A stretch of 64,000 nt of DNA, taken from an uncultured Woeseiaceae bacterium (GTDB taxonomy: Bacteria > Pseudomonadota > Gammaproteobacteria > Steroidobacterales > Woeseiaceae). The DNA lies in contig CAYXKM010000285.1 in assembly GCA_964465665.1 (NCBI GenBank), positions 1,435 through 65,434 of the forward strand. Reading direction: 5' to 3'. Numbering within the stretch: the first letter of the stretch is position 1; the number at the start of each line of letters is the position of its first letter. Shown here piece by piece: positions 1-6,946 of this stretch. The notes beneath the pieces were generated by a model. That model searched no databases and was not told the DNA's origin. It was given only the letters and a program-made list of their open reading frames with translations. The position numbers and the translations under genes are program-made.

Positions 1-179
1 TTCACCGAAGCCGGAATGCCTTCACGCTGCTCCAGGTCACCGTCGTAAAGGGGAATTCCCGCGAGCGTGACAACATCCAGTTGCACCTCGGCCGGGACCA
101 GCGCCTGCGCCGCCCGCAGCAGTGCCGTGTTGTAGGAGCCGCCGCGCAGGCTGCCCGAGATACCAAGAATCCTGATCAT
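1..179 (-). CDS. NAD(P)H-dependent FMN reductase family protein, N-terminal fragment (continues past window edge)
   Basis: Own reverse-strand translation from ATG (179-177) gives MIRILGISGSLRGGSYNTALLRAAQALVPAEVQLDVVTLAGIPLYDGDLEQREGIPASV. The GISGS-R flavodoxin-like N-terminus is typical of ChrR/YieF/SsuE-type reductases. Too short to appear in the ORF track. Confidence 0.7.
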   Translation of the reverse strand, partial: MIRILGISGSLRGGSYNTALLRAAQALVPAEVQLDVVTLAGIPLYDGDLEQREGIPASV

Positions 180-197
180 CTGCCGACAGCATACGAG

Positions 198-276
198 AAA
201 TGGTGACAGTTACCCCAGTTAATTGCCGGAGCGAAAGTGACGTTTTCGCAATTGATCAGGGTCACTGTCACCAAAT
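198..276. repeat. Small intergenic element with terminal inverted repeats, copy 1
   Basis: TGGTGACAGTTACC at 201-214 and its inverted partner GGTCACTGTCACCAAAT at 260-276. Both arms recur as exact reverse complements at 4331-4418. Confidence 0.8.
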
Positions 277-282
277 CAGGGA

Positions 283-675
283 TCAGTGTTTGCCTGGATC
301 GAGCTCGACGCCGCGGCGTTCCTTGTACGCATACGCCAGCATGGCGATCATGCGCGGGTCGTCTGCGGCAAGGTCTTTGCCTTCCAGCGGATTGCGGATG
401 CACCAGTTGATCATTTCCCAAAGTTGCGCCACGCGGCCGATTTGCTTCTGAAATTTCGGATAGGTCTCCGGATGCGTATTGGCCGCATTCGGGTGGCATT
501 GCGCGCAGGCAACGCCGTTGGTGCCGATCTCCGGGCTGGTCCAGAGCCTCCGTCCTTCCGTTGCAACCAGCTCGAACTGTTCCATCCAGCGGGCGGTGTC
601 TTCCTCGGTAAATTCATCCGCAATCGCCGGGCCGGAAAGGCACAACATCAACGTACACAGGGTCAGGTATTTCAT
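283..675 (-). CDS. Periplasmic mono-haem c-type cytochrome (130 aa)
   Basis: C-terminal 130 codons of ORF 283..1185, starting at MKYLTLCTLMLCLSGPAIA (signal peptide). Single CAQCH haem motif. The ATG at 675 lies 11 nt after the upstream gene's stop. Confidence 0.85.
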   Translation of the reverse strand: MKYLTLCTLMLCLSGPAIADEFTEEDTARWMEQFELVATEGRRLWTSPEIGTNGVACAQCHPNAANTHPETYPKFQKQIGRVAQLWEMINWCIRNPLEGKDLAADDPRMIAMLAYAYKERRGVELDPGKH

Positions 676-686
676 GCGAGCCTCTC

Positions 687-1769
687 CTAGAAATGCTGCT
701 GGGCCGGTATGCGTATTGCCGGGTCCGAGAAACTCGTGTCTTCCGGGTGACCCTTGGCGGTATTGAATGCAATCGTCCGATTCGAGTTGTTGTACAAATT
801 GAATTCCAGGTCGACTCTGCCGGTGTGCATGTTCATGAACTGCCAGCCGGTCGCATCGCGTTCGTTGAAAGGATCCGCGCGGTTCATCGGTACCGTCAGG
901 ATCGGCATATGACTTTCGGCCAGTGCATAGCTTTCCGGATACGGCCACGGCCACGCCGTCGACATCACCGAAGTGAATGCAATGTTGCCGATCTGGTTGT
1001 ACTGGATCTGGTGTACATGGCCATAGATGACATTGACCTTGTCGAAAGGCCTTAGCATTGCCTGGATGTCGTCGGCTTCCTCGGTCCAGAAATTCCAGCC
1101 TTTGTAGATCTTCTGCAAAGGCGAGTGTGAAAAGACCACGATCGGCGTGTCCTTTGAAACCTTCGCGAGATCCTTTCGCAGCCATTCCATTTGCTTGGCA
1201 CCTATCATGAACGGCGAGCCGTTCGGATTGTCGAGGCCCGCCATCTCGTTCATGCGGCGCTCGTCCGATTCCCAGCGATCGAAGGTCCAGTCATCGTACG
1301 TAAGAATGCTGTTCAGGGTGATGAAGTGCACGCCCTTGTGGTCCCAGCTGTAGTAATGCTTGCCGTAGAGCTTGCTCCAGTACTCACCAAGGTCCAGGTA
1401 ATAGTCGTGCTCGCCCATGACCATGTACGTTTTGTAATTGAGCTTGGCCAGCATCTCTGCGCCGTGATCCAGTTCCGGCTTCGAACCGAGCTGTGCCAGG
1501 TCGCCACCGAAAACGACGAAATCGGGTTTCGGTTCGAGCAGGTTCGCCTCGGCCACAGCGCGTATCAGGCCGCGGTCCCAGTTCCGGACAAATTGGTTGC
1601 CCTTGATCTGCTGAATGTGCGAATCGGAAATATAGGCGAAGGTGAAATCGGGACCGCCTTCCTTGCCGTAGGACAGCCGTATCAGGCTGACCGGCAACAT
1701 TCCGGCGATCACGCCGGACATCGTGGTTCGCAAGAAATCCCTTCGGCTATTCACTTTAATGCTTTTCAT
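687..1769 (-). CDS. Tat-exported metallophosphoesterase (calcineurin-like)
   Basis: ORF 687..1769. Twin-arginine leader NSRRDFLRT. Metallophosphoesterase motifs DSH, GGD, GEHD (variant of GNH[DE]), SHSP and GHVH. Confidence 0.85.
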   Translation of the reverse strand: MKSIKVNSRRDFLRTTMSGVIAGMLPVSLIRLSYGKEGGPDFTFAYISDSHIQQIKGNQFVRNWDRGLIRAVAEANLLEPKPDFVVFGGDLAQLGSKPELDHGAEMLAKLNYKTYMVMGEHDYYLDLGEYWSKLYGKHYYSWDHKGVHFITLNSILTYDDWTFDRWESDERRMNEMAGLDNPNGSPFMIGAKQMEWLRKDLAKVSKDTPIVVFSHSPLQKIYKGWNFWTEEADDIQAMLRPFDKVNVIYGHVHQIQYNQIGNIAFTSVMSTAWPWPYPESYALAESHMPILTVPMNRADPFNERDATGWQFMNMHTGRVDLEFNLYNNSNRTIAFNTAKGHPEDTSFSDPAIRIPAQQHF

Positions 1770-2911
1770 TGTGTATCTCCCGATACGCCAGAGGCTGCAA
1801 CCGACTGAGCCTTCAGTGACTGGAACTGCGGGCTGGTAAGCGTTTCCATGAATGCGACCAGGTCGTCGATCTCCTGTTCTGTAAGATTCAACGGCCGAAT
1901 CCCGCCACTCAGGAACGGATTGACCGGATCTTCAGGCTTGGTCACACCGCCATTGTTGTAGTGTTCGACCACTTCGCGCAGCGTCTTCACGCTGCCGTCG
2001 TGCATGTACGGTGCGGTCACGTCGATGTTGCGCAACGTTGATGTCTTGAAGGAACCCATGGAGCTGAACTGGTCGTCGACCGCAAACCGTCCGAGATGCG
2101 ACGTATCCGCATCCGAGAGCACGGCGACATCGACATCCATTCCGGCATTCTTTGCTACCTGGAAGGCCCGTGCCAGTTCCGGTACCTTGTCCTGGATGTT
2201 GTTGATGCCGATGCCGATGTTGTGAAACAGGTGATCAGTAAAAAGGGCGAAGTCCTGTTCGATCGCGTGGCACGACACACATCGTCCGTTGCCAAGAAAT
2301 GTGGCGAATCCGCGTTTGGCCTGCTCGCTGATCGCATCCTGCTCGCCGCCGAAGTACCAGCGATCAAACGGTGAGTCACCGGAGATCTGCGTGCGTTCGA
2401 AGGCAGCGATGGCCCTGGTCACTTCTTTCATCGTGATCGATGTGGCGTCCACACCGAACACATCGCTGAACGACTTTATGTATGCCCGGTCACTTCGAAC
2501 GATTGTCAGCAGCGCATCATCGTTCGACATCGCCATTTCCACGGGATTCACGAACGGGTGCATGGACTGGTCCTCGAGGTCCGGCGAACGGCCGTCCCAG
2601 AACTGGGTCTTGTTGAACGCGGCATTGACGATTGTCGGCGCATTGCGCGTGCCGGTCAGTTTGCTTATGCCTTCGGAAACACTCAACGGACTGTCCGTAA
2701 ACGCCTTCTCTGCCACGTGGCAGGTTGCGCAACTGACCTCGCCTGTGGCACTGAAGCGCACATCGTTGAACAGCCGGCTGCCCAGTGCAATTTTCTCCGG
2801 TGTCTGCGGGTTGTCTGCCGGTATCGGGACTTCCGGCAATCCGAGTGGCGCATCCGCCAGTAGCGGGGCCGCCAGGATCAGGATGCCCACGGCGATCAAT
2901 GGTTTATTCAC
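1766..2911 (-). CDS. Di-haem cytochrome c peroxidase / MauG family protein
   Basis: ORF 1766..3109 trimmed to the GTG at 2911, which is preceded by GGAGGA. Signal peptide NKPLIAVGILILAAPLLADA. Two haem motifs, CATCH and CVSCH, and a CCP-like C-terminus (APYMHDGS). Its stop overlaps the downstream start (ATGA). Confidence 0.9.
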   Translation of the reverse strand: MNKPLIAVGILILAAPLLADAPLGLPEVPIPADNPQTPEKIALGSRLFNDVRFSATGEVSCATCHVAEKAFTDSPLSVSEGISKLTGTRNAPTIVNAAFNKTQFWDGRSPDLEDQSMHPFVNPVEMAMSNDDALLTIVRSDRAYIKSFSDVFGVDATSITMKEVTRAIAAFERTQISGDSPFDRWYFGGEQDAISEQAKRGFATFLGNGRCVSCHAIEQDFALFTDHLFHNIGIGINNIQDKVPELARAFQVAKNAGMDVDVAVLSDADTSHLGRFAVDDQFSSMGSFKTSTLRNIDVTAPYMHDGSVKTLREVVEHYNNGGVTKPEDPVNPFLSGGIRPLNLTEQEIDDLVAFMETLTSPQFQSLKAQSVAASGVSGDTQ

Positions 2912-3402
2912 TTTGTTTCCTCCCCGCTTTCTGCGGCGCGGTTGCTGGTCAATACATCTGTGGATTCCTGCGGCGAAGGTACGCCGCAGTTGAAAACTGC
3001 TGCGCCATCGAACCAGACAACCTGGTCGGCCTGCAGAACCTGCACGTCGCTGTAGCCGCGTTCCCGCAGGCTGAGTTGCAGCGCCGTCGCCCGTTTGCCG
3101 GTTCTGCAATAAACCACGATGGGCTCATCCAGGTCCGCCGGCAGGTCGGTGTTCGAATCGATGGGAGAATCGTGCGGCACGTTGATCGCACCGCTGATGT
3201 GCGACGCCTGAAATTCCTCGGCGGATCGGGCATCGAGCAAGGTGAATGTGCTGTTGTCAGCCAGGAAGGACAGCAACAGCTTCTGCGGGACAGGTGTACG
3301 GTTTGCGGTGATTTCATCGGCCAGCGCATCGACGCGCCCTGCAAGCAACGCGGGCAGCATAATCGTCACAGCAAAGAGCAGACGTCTAATTGCCGGTTTC
3401 AC
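2908..3402 (-). CDS. Periplasmic rhodanese-domain sulfurtransferase
   Basis: ORF 2908..3402 with a GTG start. Signal peptide and active-site loop CRTGKR. 4-nt overlap (GTGA) with the CCP gene. Confidence 0.85.
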   Translation of the reverse strand: MKPAIRRLLFAVTIMLPALLAGRVDALADEITANRTPVPQKLLLSFLADNSTFTLLDARSAEEFQASHISGAINVPHDSPIDSNTDLPADLDEPIVVYCRTGKRATALQLSLRERGYSDVQVLQADQVVWFDGAAVFNCGVPSPQESTDVLTSNRAAESGEETK

Positions 3403-3428
3403 CAGGCCACCCCTTTAGTCCGAATCGT

Positions 3429-3457
3429 TAGACTTGTTCTAATTTAGAGTCAGTCTA
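3429..3457. promoter_or_regulatory. 29-bp imperfect palindrome in a divergent promoter gap (candidate operator)
   Basis: TAGACTtgtTCTAA-T-TTAGAgtcAGTCTA, with 11 of 14 arm positions pairing around one centre (3443). It lies between the rhodanese operon start (3402) and the DUF3313-like start (3624). Confidence 0.4.
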
Positions 3458-3623
3458 GAAGGGCTTATGTACAATGTCAATTGCGGTAAATACAGTGCGC
3501 GGGGCTGGCCCTGACCGTCGTTGCCTTCATCGAGGGCGACAGGTATCTTGATGAGGCAACAACAATTTTCCTTCTGTAAATAACAAAAACGACCGCCTGT
3601 GTAAGGCCGGTTGGAGGCATGCA

Positions 3624-4331
3624 ATGCAAGCGAGCAGAAAGTCCCGAATCCTTCTTGGCGTGATCGCCACGGCCGCCATGGCGATGTCTGCCATCGCCAA
3701 GGAAGAAATTCCGGAGACGACACCGGAAGGTCTGGTGCTGATGAAGGACAGCAAGGCAAGGCTTGTTTATGCCAGGCCCGGCGCAACGCTGGACCAGTAC
3801 ACCAAGGTTGCGTTGCTCGATTGCTACGTCGCTTTCAAGAAGAACTGGGAAAGGGATTACAACCGCGATGCGTCAACGCTTAGCGGCCGCGTAACGACCG
3901 AGGACATGGAAAAAATCAAGAAACTCGTCGCTGATGAGTTCAGGACAATATTCACCGAGGAACTGCAGGAAAAGGGTGGCTACCCGCTGGTCGACGTGGC
4001 TGGCGAAGATGTACTGGTTGTAAGGCCGGCAATCCTCAATCTCGACGTCACCGCCCCCGACATCAATAACAGCGCGGGCAATCGCCAGTTCGTCACATCG
4101 GCAGGCGAGATGACCCTGTTTATGGAGCTGTTCGATTCATCGACCGGCGAAATCATTGCGCGGATCGTCGATCCGCAGGCAGCCGACAGGGGCGGTTTCG
4201 CGACGATGGCCAACAGTGTCACCAACAAGGCGGAAGCAGACCGGATCCTGCGTAAATGGGCTGTCGCGCTGCGCGGCCATCTCGGTGACCTGGACAAGGC
4301 AACGACGGCCGAGGGGGAGGCCGCGAACTAA
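3624..4331 (+). CDS. Secreted protein, DUF3313-like (family assignment from memory)
   Basis: ORF 3624..4331. GGAGG lies upstream of the ATG. Signal peptide ends AIA-KEE. Confidence 0.6.
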   Translation: MQASRKSRILLGVIATAAMAMSAIAKEEIPETTPEGLVLMKDSKARLVYARPGATLDQYTKVALLDCYVAFKKNWERDYNRDASTLSGRVTTEDMEKIKKLVADEFRTIFTEELQEKGGYPLVDVAGEDVLVVRPAILNLDVTAPDINNSAGNRQFVTSAGEMTLFMELFDSSTGEIIARIVDPQAADRGGFATMANSVTNKAEADRILRKWAVALRGHLGDLDKATTAEGEAAN

Positions 4332-4445
4332 TTTGGTGACAGTGACCTTAATTGACTCCGGCTGGTACTAGATCCCGAGACTTCTTTACCTTTATATGAA
4401 CAAGGGTAACTGTCACCAAATTAATAAGGTCACTGTCACTGTCAC
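4331..4445. repeat. Small intergenic element with terminal inverted repeats, copy 2, plus an extra half-site
   Basis: ATTTGGTGACAGTGACC at 4331-4347, GGGTAACTGTCACCA at 4404-4418, and GGTCACTGTCACTGTCAC at 4428-4445. Confidence 0.8.
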
Positions 4446-5359
4446 TTAACTTGGCGCAGGCACCAGTACTGCACTTTCTGCGCCTCGAGAAACGCCTCGG
4501 CGTTCGCGCCGTTCAGCATCGCCAGCGTCGTGAGCATGCCGGCCTGGGTGCAGGTGTCGGCGGCCACGGTAACGGATTCGGGCGCGTTCTCGACCGGCCA
4601 GCCGGTGAGGGGATTCAGGATGTGGCTGTAGCGAACGCCGTTCTTCAGCAGGAATCGGCGCGAATCGCCGCTGGTCGCCAGCGCACCCGATCGCAATGAA
4701 ATCAGTTTCTGCACGGAGCCTTCCCGGCACGGCGCTTCGATACCGACCTGCCAGCCGGCAGGTTGCCTGACCTCGCCGGTTACGACGAGATCGCCACCGA
4801 AGTTGATCAGGCAGGGGCGGGACGTCAGTTGCGTGACCAGGCCGGCCGCCCGGTCCACCGCATACTCCTTGCCGATCCCTCCGAGGTCAATCTGCATGCC
4901 GCGCTGCATGCGTATTCGAGGACGCGCCCAGGACACGCGACGCCAGCCGATGGCAACGAGGACCTGAGCGATTCTGTCTGCGGTCGGTATCCGGTCACTG
5001 CCATCGAATACCCAGACTTTTCGCAGCGCACCCGACGTGATGTCGAACCGGTGTTCACTCAGTTCGTAAAGTGTTACAGCGAAGTCCAGCAGGTTGGCAG
5101 TTTCGTCATCCACTGTGACCGCCTGCCCGTCGCTTTCGTTAATTCTCGCGACGATGTTGCCGGGTCGATACCGGCTGAACTTGTCTTCGATGCGCCAGGC
5201 TTCGGCGGCGACCCGCTGCAACAAGGCATTGGCGAGCGCCTCGTCGTCGGTGTCGATGAGGAGTTCGCACGGACTGCCCATGGCATGGAACAGCCCCTGG
5301 TAGTAGCCTGCTGCGGCACGCCGCAATTCCGGATTGCGGCAAATGCCGGCCTGCTTCAC
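4442..5359 (-). CDS. apbE: FAD:protein FMN transferase (ApbE family)
   Basis: ORF 4442..5428. ApbE-like blocks: MGSPCELLI, FDITSGAL, GGIGKEYAVD and ATSGDSRRF..YSHILNP. Start uncertain. I chose the GTG at 5359 because it does not overlap the upstream gene. ATG alternatives are at 5407 and 5428. Confidence 0.85.
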   Translation of the reverse strand: MKQAGICRNPELRRAAAGYYQGLFHAMGSPCELLIDTDDEALANALLQRVAAEAWRIEDKFSRYRPGNIVARINESDGQAVTVDDETANLLDFAVTLYELSEHRFDITSGALRKVWVFDGSDRIPTADRIAQVLVAIGWRRVSWARPRIRMQRGMQIDLGGIGKEYAVDRAAGLVTQLTSRPCLINFGGDLVVTGEVRQPAGWQVGIEAPCREGSVQKLISLRSGALATSGDSRRFLLKNGVRYSHILNPLTGWPVENAPESVTVAADTCTQAGMLTTLAMLNGANAEAFLEAQKVQYWCLRQVK

Positions 5360-5372
5360 AGGTCGTCTGTCC

Positions 5373-6701
5373 TCAGAAGCGATAGCTGAATTGCGCAATA
5401 ATGGCATCGAGGTCGGGATACAGTTCACGGCCGGCCTGGTTGCCGATAATCTGGTCTGACGGAGCGGAGCCGTCCTGCATATAGTATTCGAGCCGCACGC
5501 TCATCTCGTTGTCCGATCGTGTCTTCCAGCCGTACTTCATACCGACGGTAATCGCATCGAATTCGCCGAGTCGATAGTCGGACGAGGCAAATTCGAGCGG
5601 CGGTGCACCATCGACGAGACTGATGCGGTAGAAATCCGCTGCAGTTTGCGTATACCAGCGTACATGCGGTTCGAGGTATCGCCGGTCACCGAAAGGCCAG
5701 CGATAGCGAGCTTCCAGTGTATGCGAGTCGATCTCCCAATCGTCCGTCATGTAACGGTACGACAGATCGAGCACGTTGCCGCTCATGTAGTACTTTGCCT
5801 GGCCGTAGATGCTGTGCTTTGTTCGGTCGTCGGGGCGGCTCTCGAAGCGGTACTCGTGCAACGGTCCGGATTCGCCGGGCGGGAGCGTGCGAACCACCGG
5901 ATCACCGGTGGTGCCATCTACGAGGCTCAGGAATTTATACGGATCGTTGAGATAACCGCTGGACTGGCTCAGCGAGTAATTGAACTGGAACAGGAGATCC
6001 CGGCTGACGACCTGGGTCAGGCCGAGCACCAGGTCGGCGACGTCCTTGTCCTGGTCACCGATCCGGTTCGAAAGGTCGCCGACGTCCAGCATGGCCGACA
6101 GCGGCACCGGTGCACCCCCTTCCGGTTCAAGGCTGTCCTGCGCGTAGGCAAGTCCGAGCGACAGCGTCGTGTTTCGCTTGTTGAAATCGCGTGACAGTCC
6201 CACATTGGCTCCGAGATGGACGTAGTCGTATTCCTTGGAGGCGCTCAATCCGGCATTGATCGAATACAGCCGTGCAAACGGCTGTTGCCAGCCGGCCGTG
6301 AGGGCTACGCGCGTATCGAGAAAGCTGTCGTCGAGCGGGATCTCGTTGGCCGCCGTGGTGTAGGTGGCTTTGCCGGAGGGCCTTGTGAATGTCTGGGGTC
6401 CGTCGAACGGCAACGCACCGCTCGGTGTTGCGCCTGTCAGTGAGTCGGCAACAAGTCCGAGTGTCAGGATCCGATCGTCGACAAACGTGCGGCGCACGAG
6501 CAGGTTCAGGCTCAAGTCCTGCACACGGTCGTCGCTCTCGCCATAGTAAAGTAGCGCCGTATTGAAATCCCAGCCGGGTTCTTCCTGCGCTTGCACCGGT
6601 GAAACTGTCGATGTTCCCAGCAATGAGCAGGCTGCTGTCGCGAGCGACGCGGCGATGGAACGAGTGCTTTGTTTCGACATTCGATCTGGCTTCGTAGTCA
6701 T
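5373..6701 (-). CDS. DUF3570-like predicted outer-membrane beta-barrel protein
   Basis: ORF 5373..6737 trimmed to the ATG at 6701 (GGAG upstream). Signal peptide ends VQA-QEE. Alternating beta-strand-like sequence with a C-terminal FSYRF. Contains DSLTGAT. The DUF assignment is from memory of the conserved DUF4266/DUF3570/ApbE/thioredoxin neighbourhood. Confidence 0.7.
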   Translation of the reverse strand: MTTKPDRMSKQSTRSIAASLATAACSLLGTSTVSPVQAQEEPGWDFNTALLYYGESDDRVQDLSLNLLVRRTFVDDRILTLGLVADSLTGATPSGALPFDGPQTFTRPSGKATYTTAANEIPLDDSFLDTRVALTAGWQQPFARLYSINAGLSASKEYDYVHLGANVGLSRDFNKRNTTLSLGLAYAQDSLEPEGGAPVPLSAMLDVGDLSNRIGDQDKDVADLVLGLTQVVSRDLLFQFNYSLSQSSGYLNDPYKFLSLVDGTTGDPVVRTLPPGESGPLHEYRFESRPDDRTKHSIYGQAKYYMSGNVLDLSYRYMTDDWEIDSHTLEARYRWPFGDRRYLEPHVRWYTQTAADFYRISLVDGAPPLEFASSDYRLGEFDAITVGMKYGWKTRSDNEMSVRLEYYMQDGSAPSDQIIGNQAGRELYPDLDAIIAQFSYRF

Positions 6702-6708
6702 CTCCGCC

Positions 6709-6942
6709 TCAATTGCAGCCGCAGCCGCCGCCGCCAAAGCCGCGTCCGCCGCTCGAGGCTTCCTTGCTGAAATAAATGTGGTCGTCGATGCCGGCTTCTA
6801 CGGCATCCGTTGTCAGCTGCATCTCTTCTTTTGCCAAAACGTCACGTTCCCACGGTTCGACGCCCATGGACGTACATCCGCTTGCCGTTGCAGCAAGCAG
6901 CAGACATAGCGCCGCCGCTTTCAATGCTCTGAAATTCAACAT
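6709..6942 (-). CDS. DUF4266-like small lipoprotein with Gly/Cys tail
   Basis: ORF 6709..6942 (77 aa). Lipobox LAATASGC. C-terminus GGRGFGGGGCGCN. Confidence 0.7.
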   Translation of the reverse strand: MLNFRALKAAALCLLLAATASGCTSMGVEPWERDVLAKEEMQLTTDAVEAGIDDHIYFSKEASSGGRGFGGGGCGCN

Positions 6943-6946
6943 GCAG

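Noticed and set aside
1766-3109. Long N-terminal extensions of several track ORFs (1766..3109, 283..1185, 7592..8527, 22774..23772, 41828..44971, 48785..50872, 59923..60777)
   Set aside because: The extensions overlap the upstream gene, lack signal peptides and are compositionally odd. Internal starts with RBS-like sequences give proper signal peptides or family-typical N-termini, so I trimmed them. Exact starts remain unverified.
283-3402. Calling the cytochrome / MPE / CCP / rhodanese operon a Sox system
   Set aside because: There is no SoxYZ, no full-length SoxB-type 5'-nucleotidase domain and no SoxCD in the window. The resemblance is architectural only, so it is kept as a hypothesis in the findings rather than an annotation.
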